In this document: in pieces, positions 7,517 to 16,758 of the stretch
Position numbering within the stretch: the first letter of the stretch is position 1
Layout of the letters: the number at the start of each line of letters is the position of its first letter
Assembly: GCA_964553295.1 (NCBI GenBank)
Contig: CAZKKP010000010.1
Location: 1 to 24,373, forward strand
Direction of reading: 5' to 3'
DNA from: an uncultured Thermoanaerobaculia bacterium
GTDB taxonomy: Bacteria; Acidobacteriota; Thermoanaerobaculia; Thermoanaerobaculales; Sulfomarinibacteraceae
DNA length: 24,373 nucleotides
Notes under the pieces: generated by a model
What the model was told of the DNA's origin: nothing
Seen by the model: the letters and a program-made list of their open reading frames with translations, nothing else
The model's database searches: none
Made by a program: the position numbers and the translations under genes

Positions 7517-9367
7517 ATGGTCAGCGCCGTTGACGCTCCGGAGATCGCAATCCTCCTCGTCGAGGACGCGGACGACGATGTCGCGCTGATCATCCGCGAG
7601 CTGGGCCGTAGCTCGCTGCGCTGTGCGATCCACCATGCAGCTACCGTTGACGCGGCTGCGGCGGCCATCTCCGCCCAACCTCCCGCTCTGGTGCTGTCGG
7701 ACTTCCGACTGCCGCCGAACGACGGCTTCGACCTGCTTCGCGCCGTCCAGGCGCTCGACCCGGAGCTGCCGGTGGTCTTCGTGTCCGGCGCGGTCGGCGA
7801 GGACGTGGCCGCCGAGCTCATGCGCTGTGGCGCCCGCGACGTCGTCAGCAAGCGGAACCTCGCCCGCCTGCCGCTCACCGTCCAGAGAGTGCTCGACGAG
7901 GCCGCCACACGCCGCGAGCACCACCGGGCGCAGCAGGCTCTGCGGGAATCCGAAGCCCGGATCAGAGCCCTGTTGACCACCTTGCCGGTGGGGGTCTTCC
8001 GCGTCGGGCCGGACGGTCGGATCGAGTCGGCCAACCCGTTTCTCTGCATGATGGTCGGGGCTTCAGACGAGAGTGAGATGCTCGGCAGGCACTGGCGCGA
8101 CTTCGTCGTCGAGCAACCTCGAGAAGATCTGCCGCCCGGAGGACTGGGAGCAGACGTCGTCGAGCTGGAGCTTGCGATCCGCCGTCTCGATCAGACCGAG
8201 TTCTGGGGACACGCGCGAGTTCGCGTCAGTCCGGGTAGGGACGGGGCGCCGCACGTCGACGGCACCCTCGCCGACGAGACCGCTCGTCACAGCGTCCAGG
8301 ATGCGCTGCGTCGCGGAAAGGAGGAGTGGGAGCGGACATTCGACGCGGTGCACGAGCTGATCATGCTGACGGACCCGGTCCACGTCGTCGAGCGGGTCAA
8401 CCGGGCCGTCGCCCAGAGGCTGGGTTGCCATCCTCGAGAGATCGTCGGTCAGACCTGGGCCGAGATCGTTGCGCAGCGACTCCCCCCGGTGGACCTCCGG
8501 CAGCTGATCGAGGCGGTGCGCTCGGGAAAGCCGGTCGAGTTCGACGTCGCCAGCGAGCAGCTGGGGGGAGACTTCAGGTTCAGCGCCACGCCGCGAGTGG
8601 ACCATGCCGGCGCGATCATCGGCATGATCCTGGTCGGACGCGACGTCACCACGCAGCGGCAGGTGGCGGAGCTGCTGCAGCGCCAGGCGGTCGTCGACCA
8701 GGCCGAGCACATCTTCAGGATTTTCAGGCACGAGGCCGGCAACGCCCTGAACACCCTCAAGACAACCCTGAGCGTCTTCAGGCAGGGTTTCGTGTCCTTC
8801 GACGACGCCAAGCGCGAGACCTACTTCGGTCGCTGCTTCGAGAGCCTCCGCATCGCCGAGCAGCTGCTCGCCGCTCTTCGCTCGTACCAGACTCTCGACC
8901 GAGTGACGCTCAGCGAGGTCGACGTCGCCGCCCTCCTCGAATCACGTGCCGACATGCTCTTCGCAACGGCTCGCGAACGGGGCGTTACCTGCGAGCTGCA
9001 CTGTCCCGACGCGCCCCAGGTGATCGCGGCCGATGCGGACGCGCTGGTCAGGGTGCTGCTCAACGTCGTCGACAACGCCCTGGCTGCCACGCAGGACAGG
9101 GACGCGCCGCGCATCGACATCGATCTGCACCTCGCGAGCGCTCACACCACGATCTCGATCACCGACAACGGCGCCGGCATTCCCTCCGACGTGTTGCCGA
9201 GGATCTTCCAGCCCCTCTTCACGACCCGGGCCGAGGGCACCGGGATGGGCCTTGCGATCGTCCAGAAGCTGATGCTGCGGATGAACGGAGTGGCGGAGGT
9301 CCGCAGCGTCGTCGACCAGGGCACGGTCGTCGAGCTGCGCTTCCCGGCGGCGGGCCCGGCCTCATGA
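7517..9367 (+). CDS. Hybrid receiver-PAS-PAS histidine kinase, 616 aa
   Basis: REC domain (ILLVEDADDD, VLSDFRLP, VVFVSG), two PAS domains, H-box FRHEAGNALN, N-box LLNVVDNA, ITDNGAGI, IFQPLFTT, GTGMGLAIV. No TM segment. Confidence 0.92.
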   Translation: MVSAVDAPEIAILLVEDADDDVALIIRELGRSSLRCAIHHAATVDAAAAAISAQPPALVLSDFRLPPNDGFDLLRAVQALDPELPVVFVSGAVGEDVAAELMRCGARDVVSKRNLARLPLTVQRVLDEAATRREHHRAQQALRESEARIRALLTTLPVGVFRVGPDGRIESANPFLCMMVGASDESEMLGRHWRDFVVEQPREDLPPGGLGADVVELELAIRRLDQTEFWGHARVRVSPGRDGAPHVDGTLADETARHSVQDALRRGKEEWERTFDAVHELIMLTDPVHVVERVNRAVAQRLGCHPREIVGQTWAEIVAQRLPPVDLRQLIEAVRSGKPVEFDVASEQLGGDFRFSATPRVDHAGAIIGMILVGRDVTTQRQVAELLQRQAVVDQAEHIFRIFRHEAGNALNTLKTTLSVFRQGFVSFDDAKRETYFGRCFESLRIAEQLLAALRSYQTLDRVTLSEVDVAALLESRADMLFATARERGVTCELHCPDAPQVIAADADALVRVLLNVVDNALAATQDRDAPRIDIDLHLASAHTTISITDNGAGIPSDVLPRIFQPLFTTRAEGTGMGLAIVQKLMLRMNGVAEVRSVVDQGTVVELRFPAAGPAS

Positions 9368-11040
9368 GCACGTCCCGGTTCCCCGGGCTGGCGCGAACCG
9401 TGGATCCACTCCTGGGAACCGTGGTCGGCGGCAGGTTCCTCCTCGAAGCGCGGCTGGGCGCCGGGAGCATCGGCACGGTCTACCGCGCGCGGCATCTCCT
9501 CATCGGCCGCGAGGTCGCCATCAAGGTCATGAGCCTCCCTTCTTCCCGTCGCGAGCGCTACCGGGCGTGGTTCCTGCGCGAGGCGCGTGCCGTGAACCGG
9601 GTCAACCACTGTCACGTCGCCGAGATCTACGACCTTGGGGAAACCCCGGATGGCGCGGTCTTCCTCGTGATGGAGCTGCTGGAGGGTGATCGCCTCTCCG
9701 ACCGCCTGCGCGCCGGGCCGGTTCGGCAAGACCTCGCCCTGAGCATCCTCGAGCAGGCGGCAGCAGCACTCGGACGCGCCCACGATCTCGGTGTCGTCCA
9801 CCGGGACCTGAAGCCGGACCATGTCTTCCTCGTGGAACGCGGCGGCCGCCGTGACTTCGTCAAGCTGGTCGACTTCGGCCTGGCCTGGCTCAGCCACGAG
9901 AACCGGATCGCGGCCCGCGGCCAGGTACTCGGAACGCCGACGTACCTGTCTCCCGAGCAGGCTCGAGGCGAGGACGGTGGACCTTCCTCCGACCTCTACT
10001 CCCTGGGGGTCGTGCTGTTCGAAATGCTCACCGGCCGGCCGCCGTTCACCACGGACGACCCGGTCGAGCTGCTCGAATGCCACAGGTCGGCACAGCCGCC
10101 GGATCCCCGCCGGTTGAGGTCGGATCTCGCCGACGATGTGTGCCAGGTGGCACTTCGACTGCTGGAGAAGCAGCCCGAACGACGTTTTCGGGATGCGCAC
10201 CACCTGCACGACGAGCTCAAGATCACCCAGCGCCGGCTGGGCGCAGGGGAGGTGTGCCCGCTCACGCCCATCGACGGTTCGCCGGCAATCGGTGGCGAGC
10301 GATCCCATCGTGTTCCGGTCTCGTGGGCCTACCGCGTCGCCCTGCTCGCGTGCAGTGTCGCGGCGGCCTACCCGGATGGTGGGCCACCCGGTGCGGTGAC
10401 CACCGCCGTGGAGGAGATGTGGCGGCTGGTTGCCGAGCTGGCCCGGGTGGAGGGAGAGCTCGAGGTGTCGGAACGATGGAATGACAACCTCCGTGCTCGG
10501 GGCCGCGAGACCGGATCTCGTCTTGGCCGAGAGATCGAGGACCTGTCGCGGCTGAGCTCGCGCCTCGAGCGAGAGCAGGAGTCGGCCGCCCTTGCCGCGG
10601 AGGAGCTTCGCTCGGCTCGGCAGGCCGCGTCGAGCGCGCTGGACCTCGCCCGTCACGAGGCGCGGGCCAGCGAGGCCGCCGGGCACTCCGAGGCGATGCG
10701 CCGCGCCCTGGAGACGGCGGGCGCCGCCGCCGCTCGTGAGCAATGGCTGCGCGAAGAGATCGACCGGCTCGCGGCGGACTGTGCCAGACGCGAGCAGGTC
10801 GTCGCCCAGGCCGCTCGGCAGGCGGCGAGGCTCCGCAGCCAGCTCGAGCGCCAGGCCACCCAGGTCGAAGGGGAGCTGGCGAGCGGGCAGAGCCGTGCTG
10901 CCGGCCTGATCGCTGCGCGATCCAGCCTGCTCGAGCGGATTCAAGGCTGCGAGCGTCTGCTGCGTGAGCATCTGGTCCGGCGGCCGGAGGGTCGCTTGCT
11001 GCTCGACGAGCTCGACGCTGCCGGAAGCGGAGATCCTTGA
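9364..11040 (+). CDS. Cytoplasmic Hanks-type Ser/Thr kinase with a long C-terminal coiled-coil region, 558 aa
   Basis: GAGSIGTV, VAIK, HRDLKPDH, DFG and YLSPEQ motifs; heptad-rich E/R/A tail; ATGA overlap with the upstream histidine kinase. The 904-aa ORF call includes an out-of-frame 5' part. Confidence 0.9.
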   Translation: MSTSRFPGLARTVDPLLGTVVGGRFLLEARLGAGSIGTVYRARHLLIGREVAIKVMSLPSSRRERYRAWFLREARAVNRVNHCHVAEIYDLGETPDGAVFLVMELLEGDRLSDRLRAGPVRQDLALSILEQAAAALGRAHDLGVVHRDLKPDHVFLVERGGRRDFVKLVDFGLAWLSHENRIAARGQVLGTPTYLSPEQARGEDGGPSSDLYSLGVVLFEMLTGRPPFTTDDPVELLECHRSAQPPDPRRLRSDLADDVCQVALRLLEKQPERRFRDAHHLHDELKITQRRLGAGEVCPLTPIDGSPAIGGERSHRVPVSWAYRVALLACSVAAAYPDGGPPGAVTTAVEEMWRLVAELARVEGELEVSERWNDNLRARGRETGSRLGREIEDLSRLSSRLEREQESAALAAEELRSARQAASSALDLARHEARASEAAGHSEAMRRALETAGAAAAREQWLREEIDRLAADCARREQVVAQAARQAARLRSQLERQATQVEGELASGQSRAAGLIAARSSLLERIQGCERLLREHLVRRPEGRLLLDELDAAGSGDP

Positions 11041-11152
11041 CCTTGTCTGCACGTCGGATCCGTCGTCACCGATAGCGCCAGACAGGGCTGCCACACGTGG
11101 CGTCTCTCCAGCTCGCCAACCACCGGCCTCGCACTGACCGAAAGCGAGCGAC

Positions 11153-11169
11153 CTGGCAGCACACCTGCT
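11153..11169 (+). promoter_or_regulatory. Candidate sigma-54 (-24/-12) promoter upstream of the activator gene
   Basis: CTGGCAGCACACCTGCT; GG at 11155-56 and GC at 11167-68 give the correct 10-nt spacing; about 80 nt upstream of ATG 11250. Confidence 0.5.
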
Positions 11170-11249
11170 CCACGCCGATGACGACGGCGTGCGCGGGCCG
11201 ATCGCGAACGACGTATGATGGAGGCTCAGCGTGCCGAGGTGCGCCGGGG

Positions 11250-12632
<1,383 letters not shown>

Positions 12633-12639
12633 CCCGCTG

Positions 12640-12665
12640 CAATCTGTTCTGAACCACTCAGATTG
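12640..12665. promoter_or_regulatory. Inverted repeat, candidate upstream activator site
   Basis: CAATCTG-N12-CAGATTG, with an internal GTTC-t-GAAC and TGA(A/C)CC half-sites, about 80-100 bp upstream of the -24 box. Confidence 0.4.
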
Positions 12666-12742
12666 ACCCATTGGAACTCCTCCGTCCTCGGACCGAGAAG
12701 CCATCTCTCGGCGCCGGGTTCACTTCGACCGATCATGGCCGG

Positions 12743-12759
12743 CTGGCACGGGCCGTGCT
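12743..12759 (+). promoter_or_regulatory. Sigma-54 (-24/-12) promoter of the Roadblock/V4R operon
   Basis: CTGGCACGGGCCGTGCT differs from the TGGCACG-N4-TTGC(A/T) consensus at one position, has exact spacing, and lies 27 nt before GTG 12786. Confidence 0.7.
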
Positions 12760-12785
12760 CGTCCATCGGGTGTGGCGAGGCTCTC

Positions 12786-13361
12786 GTGAACCCGAAGTCG
12801 CTCCCTATCGTCGTCCTGGTGGACGATGACCATGCCTTTCTGCTGAGCCTGGCCGCCGGTCTCGACGTTCTCACCGAGGAGGTCGAGTTCCGGGTCGCGA
12901 CCGGAGGTCGACAGGCAGCGGCACTGCTCCGGGATCGGCCGGTGGCGGTCCTCGTAACCGACCTGAACATGCCGGAGATGGACGGCTGGGCTGTCCTCGA
13001 GATCGCGCTGACGGCTCGCCCGCAACCCGCGGCGATCGTCATCACGGCAGACTTCTCGACCGACACCGGCGAACGTCTCGCCCGCTTCCAGCCGGTGGCG
13101 GTCATCGAGAAGCCCGTCGACCTTCACCAGCTGATCATGCTGATCCGCAGTGCACTGCGAGGCCCGGTCGCCCCTGACGGCTGCGAGGACAGCGACGCCG
13201 AGCAGCCCCGCACGAGGTGCGTGACCCGTCGCATCTCGGCGGCGCTCGAGCGGTGTGTGTCGCAGCTCGAGCACGTGCTTCGGAACGCCAGACATCCGGC
13301 GTCCGCATCTGCAGCGTCGCCCGCCGGGGCGACGATCGGACCAAGGAGACACCAATGGTGA
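12786..13361 (+). CDS. Receiver-domain protein with a short C-terminal extension, 191 aa
   Basis: VVLVDDD, LVTDLNMPEMDG, VITA and IEKPVD motifs; no recognisable output domain. Confidence 0.88.
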   Translation: MNPKSLPIVVLVDDDHAFLLSLAAGLDVLTEEVEFRVATGGRQAAALLRDRPVAVLVTDLNMPEMDGWAVLEIALTARPQPAAIVITADFSTDTGERLARFQPVAVIEKPVDLHQLIMLIRSALRGPVAPDGCEDSDAEQPRTRCVTRRISAALERCVSQLEHVLRNARHPASASAASPAGATIGPRRHQW

Positions 13362-14122
13362 GCACTCGCCGGAAGAGCGTCATCCCACCCGCCCAGGTCG
13401 AGGGCCTTCGAGGCACCCTCGCCATGACCAACGTCTTCGACCTCTTCCAGTTCCTCAACTCGAGCCGAAAGACCGGGCAGCTTCTGGTCGACGCCGACTC
13501 CGAGCAGCTCGAGGGCCGGGCGTACTTCTCCACCGGAGCGCTGGTCCACGTCACGGCCGGCACGGCGTCCGGCATCGACGCCCTGGTCACGATGTGCGGC
13601 TGGGAGCAGGGAACCTTCGCTTTCTACGACGACGTCCTGTCACCGCAGGTGACGATCAACATGCCGATGCAGCACGCGCTGATGGAGGCCGTGCGCATCC
13701 ACGACGAACGTCGACGCGCCGAGCAGTCGAGCGGTCGACCAGAGCAAGGAGGAGAGACCATGAATCGTGCGCGAAGCTCCACCGACGTCCTCGAGGACTT
13801 CCTCAAGGTTCCGGGCGTCCTGTCCGCCGTCGTCATCGGCCGCGACGGCTTCCTCATCGAGTCGGCCGGCGCTTCCTCGGCGGTGATCGTCGAGACCCTC
13901 GGCGCCGCCCTCGCACACGCGGTCAACGGCGTCGAGGAGATGGGCAACGAGCTCCAGGTCAACAAGTTCCAGGACCTCTTCGTGGAGTACGGACGGGCCG
14001 TGATCATGTGCCGCCCGGTCGGAGACGCGGTCATCGCGGTCGTCGCGCCGGACGCGTCGAAGCTGGGCATCATCCGCCACAAGGTCAAGCCGCTCGTCGA
14101 AGAGCTCGCTGCCCACTTCTGA
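13355..14122 (+). CDS. DUF4388 (PatA_N) domain fused in frame to a Roadblock/LC7 (MglB-like) domain, 255 aa
   Basis: AAGGAG RBS at 13343; LRGTLAMTNVFDLFQFLNSSRKTGQLLV...GRAYFSTGALVHVTAG...WEQGTFAF is DUF4388-like; VPGVLSAVVIGRDGFLIE...LFVEYGRAVIM...KLGIIRH is Roadblock-like. No stop codon separates them. Confidence 0.87.
   Translation: MVSTRRKSVIPPAQVEGLRGTLAMTNVFDLFQFLNSSRKTGQLLVDADSEQLEGRAYFSTGALVHVTAGTASGIDALVTMCGWEQGTFAFYDDVLSPQVTINMPMQHALMEAVRIHDERRRAEQSSGRPEQGGETMNRARSSTDVLEDFLKVPGVLSAVVIGRDGFLIESAGASSAVIVETLGAALAHAVNGVEEMGNELQVNKFQDLFVEYGRAVIMCRPVGDAVIAVVAPDASKLGIIRHKVKPLVEELAAHF
13760..14122 (+). CDS. Probable separately translated Roadblock/LC7 protein from an internal start, 120 aa
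   Basis: Strong AAGGAGG (13746-13752) precedes the in-frame ATG 13760 exactly at the domain boundary. Confidence 0.6.
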   Translation: MNRARSSTDVLEDFLKVPGVLSAVVIGRDGFLIESAGASSAVIVETLGAALAHAVNGVEEMGNELQVNKFQDLFVEYGRAVIMCRPVGDAVIAVVAPDASKLGIIRHKVKPLVEELAAHF

Positions 14123-14139
14123 TGGCAAGGAGGTCAGAG

Positions 14140-14655
14140 ATGCAACTCGAGCTCAAACACACCTTCGACGAGTCCACCTTCCGCCATTCCTTGAACGGTC
14201 ACGAGTTCGTTCTCCACTGCCACCACTACATGACGCTCGCGACCAAGATGGCCGAGGACTTCGCCGACCTCGGTGGGCCGAAAATCCTGCGCGAGGTCGC
14301 AGAGGACACCATCCGGCCGGTCCTCGACAGCTACTTCCGCGACCACTCCGTCAGTGCCCCCGCTGACCGCCTCGACATTGCCGGGCAGTACTTCACCGCC
14401 ATGGGACTGGGTCTCATGGACATCAAGGGCGACGCCAGCGGCGGCGAGGTCAAGCTCCCCCACAGCCACGTCGACGAGGGGTGGCTGAAGAAATTCGGCG
14501 CCCATGATGCGCCGGTCAACCACTTCACCTGCGGCTTCGCCGCGGCGGTGTTCGCCGCCGCCTTCGACAAGCCGGCGCGGGCCTACCAGGTCGTCGAGAA
14601 GGCGTCCCTGGTGATGGGGGCCCCGGCTACCGTTCTCGCCGTGACGGCGAGCTGA
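14140..14655 (+). CDS. V4R (4VR)-fold protein with an HCHHY motif, 171 aa
   Basis: AAGGAGGT RBS; FVLHCHHY, AMGLG, HSHVDEGW, VNHFTCGFAAAVF, and E-x-S-x-x-x-G at the position of the V4R E-x-x-C-x-x-x-G motif. Confidence 0.78.
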   Translation: MQLELKHTFDESTFRHSLNGHEFVLHCHHYMTLATKMAEDFADLGGPKILREVAEDTIRPVLDSYFRDHSVSAPADRLDIAGQYFTAMGLGLMDIKGDASGGEVKLPHSHVDEGWLKKFGAHDAPVNHFTCGFAAAVFAAAFDKPARAYQVVEKASLVMGAPATVLAVTAS

Positions 14656-14668
14656 CAGGGGGTGAAGC

Positions 14669-15250
14669 ATGACTGTGATGCGTGACCAGGTCGTCAAAAA
14701 CCTCGTCGAGATCGAGGTCAAGGCGAACGAGGACGGGCTGATGCCCGCCTTCAACGTGCTTGTCAACCAGCTGCCTTCGGCGTTCTGGAACACCCTGGCG
14801 GAGCGGTTCATGGCCGTGACGCCGCCCGACCGCAAGGCGGAGATGGAGCGTGCCCTGGTGAACTGCGCCTACGAGTGCGGCTACCACACCGGTTACGGCA
14901 TCATCACCTCGCCCGAGTTCCAGGCGGTGGTGATGCCCCAGGTGACCGAGGGCGCCAAGGACGTCCTGCGCGGCGCCTATGCGGTGTTCACCGCCTGGGG
15001 ATGGGCGAAGTCCGGGATCGTCCAGGTCAAGGACGGCGAGCGCATGGTCGTCCGCGCCGTCGACTACTACGAGGCGGACAGCGGCGGCGAGGGCAAACGC
15101 GCCTTCATGATCCGTGGTGTCAGCCAGGCGTTCATGGAGCTCGCCTTCGCCGATCCCTACCCGAACGGCATGAACACCTTCCAGTGCGAGCAGACCGCAG
15201 GGATCGAGACCGGCGACTCCTACGGCGAGTTCGTCGTGACCCGCATGTAA
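14669..15250 (+). CDS. Second V4R (4VR)-fold protein, 193 aa
   Basis: CAYECGYHTG, AWGWA, VDYYEA, FMIRGVSQAFM and QCEQTAGIETGDSYGEFVV match the V4R C-terminal pattern. Confidence 0.75.
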   Translation: MTVMRDQVVKNLVEIEVKANEDGLMPAFNVLVNQLPSAFWNTLAERFMAVTPPDRKAEMERALVNCAYECGYHTGYGIITSPEFQAVVMPQVTEGAKDVLRGAYAVFTAWGWAKSGIVQVKDGERMVVRAVDYYEADSGGEGKRAFMIRGVSQAFMELAFADPYPNGMNTFQCEQTAGIETGDSYGEFVVTRM

Positions 15251-15271
15251 GGTTCGACTCACTGTCCCTCG

Positions 15272-15297
15272 CAGGGCCCGGGCAACCGGGCCCTGTT
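15272..15297 (+). terminator. Strong intergenic hairpin (attenuating terminator or mRNA stabiliser)
   Basis: CAGGGCCCGG-GCAA-CCGGGCCCTG: a perfect 10-bp stem with a GNRA loop, followed by only TT. Confidence 0.6.
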
Positions 15298-15319
15298 GGA
15301 GAGGGACACGATCGACGCC

Positions 15320-16462
15320 ATGAGCTTCGTCTATCTCAACCATGCCGCAACGTCCTTCCCGAAGCCGCCCGAGGTCCTCGATGCGGTGGCTGCGGCGTTG
15401 GCCGCGCCGCCCGCCGACCCGGGCCGCGGCGGGCTGGACTCGGACACGGTCGAGATCTGCCGGCGGAGGATCGCCGAGCTGTTCGGGCTGCGCCGCCCGG
15501 AAGCCGTGTCGATCCAGCCCTCGGCGACGCACGCACTCAACGCGGCGATCCTCGGGCTGCTCGAAGACGGGGGCCACGCGGTGACCACGCCGCTCGAGCA
15601 CACCTCGGTGCTCCGCCCGCTGCACCACCTCGCGGCGCATCACGAGGTCGCCTGCGACTTCGTCGAGCCTCGCGCAGACGGCCGCCTCGAGCCCCTCGAC
15701 ATCGCCCGCGCGGTCATCCCGTCGACCCGTCTCGTCGTGGTCTGTCACGCCGCCAACTCGACCGGCGTGGTGCAGCCGGTCGAGGAGATCGCGGACGCCG
15801 TCGCCGGCGCCGGCGTTGCCCTGCTCGTCGATGCCTCTCAGACCGCCGGCGTGGTCGGTCTTCGAATGAACGATCTTGCCGGACGGGTTCTGGTCGCCGT
15901 CGCCGGTCACAAGAGCCTGTTGGGACCAGCCGGTACCGGCGCACTGCTGCTCGCCGATGACGATCTGCCGCAGACCGTCTTCGGCGGAACCGGGGTTCGC
16001 AGCGAGAGTCTGGACCACCCCGCCGAGCTGCCGCTGCGCCACGAGGCAGGCACACCCAACCTGCCGGCCATCGCGGGCCTGAGCGCCGGCCTGGAGGTTG
16101 TCCGCGCCCGGGGGATCGACGAAGAGGCGGCGAAACGGAACCGACTGGTGCACCGTCTGCGTCAGCGCCTTGCCGCCATCCCAGAGGTCCGGCTCGCGCC
16201 TCTCGCCCGGGACGACGGGCGGGCGGGGGTCGTCGCATTCAACGTGGCGAACTGGCGCTCGGAGGATCTTGCGTTCGCGCTGCACAGCGCCTTCTCCATC
16301 GTCACCAGGGGAGGGCTGCACTGCGCGCCACTGGCCCATCGCTTCCTGGGTCTGTTCCCCGAGGGAACGCTCCGCGCCAGCTTCGGCTGGTCGAGCACCG
16401 AGGACGATGCGGACGCCCTGGCGGATGCGGTCGCCCGGATCGTGCGAGGGGGCCACCCATGA
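15320..16462 (+). CDS. Class V aminotransferase, cysteine desulfurase-like PLP enzyme, 380 aa
   Basis: YLNHAATSFPKP, LEHTSV, HAANSTG, VDASQTAG, PLP lysine in AGHKSLLGPAG, HEAGTPN, catalytic cysteine in RGGLHCAP, and LRASFG. Confidence 0.92.
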   Translation: MSFVYLNHAATSFPKPPEVLDAVAAALAAPPADPGRGGLDSDTVEICRRRIAELFGLRRPEAVSIQPSATHALNAAILGLLEDGGHAVTTPLEHTSVLRPLHHLAAHHEVACDFVEPRADGRLEPLDIARAVIPSTRLVVVCHAANSTGVVQPVEEIADAVAGAGVALLVDASQTAGVVGLRMNDLAGRVLVAVAGHKSLLGPAGTGALLLADDDLPQTVFGGTGVRSESLDHPAELPLRHEAGTPNLPAIAGLSAGLEVVRARGIDEEAAKRNRLVHRLRQRLAAIPEVRLAPLARDDGRAGVVAFNVANWRSEDLAFALHSAFSIVTRGGLHCAPLAHRFLGLFPEGTLRASFGWSSTEDDADALADAVARIVRGGHP

Positions 16463-16758
16463 TCCAACAGGTGGCTGAGGTGAAGGAGGTCGAAACCTGC
16501 CTGGACAGCTCGAGGATGTGCGAGCTCATCCTGACCGGTCCGGCAGACGTGGCGCTCGTCGAGAGGCTCGGCGCCGTGACACAGCTCCAGTTCTTCCCCC
16601 ACTTCCCGCGTCCCCTGTTTCGTGGTGATCGCCCCCGGGCCTACGTGGTCCAGGGGGTGATCGGATCCGCGACACTCCGCGTCACGTTGTCGCCAGAGGC
16701 TGACCCTTCAGCCCTGGATTCGCTCACACGGTGCATCGAGGGGCACTGCGATGACTGA
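16459..16758 (+). CDS. Small Cys-containing hypothetical protein, 99 aa
   Basis: ATGA overlap with the desulfurase and an 8-nt overlap with the next gene; motifs ETCLDSS, FFPHFPRPLF and VVQGVIG; four cysteines. Confidence 0.75.
   Translation: MIQQVAEVKEVETCLDSSRMCELILTGPADVALVERLGAVTQLQFFPHFPRPLFRGDRPRAYVVQGVIGSATLRVTLSPEADPSALDSLTRCIEGHCDD

Noticed and set aside
8326-9363. Apparent 346-aa N-terminal extension making a 904-aa kinase
   Set aside because: Alternative frame of the hybrid histidine kinase gene; the kinase domain starts at the ATGA overlap at 9364.
13255-14139. Apparent N-terminal extension of the first V4R protein (466-aa ORF)
   Set aside because: Out-of-frame overlap with the DUF4388-Roadblock gene; AAGGAGGT marks the real start at 14140.
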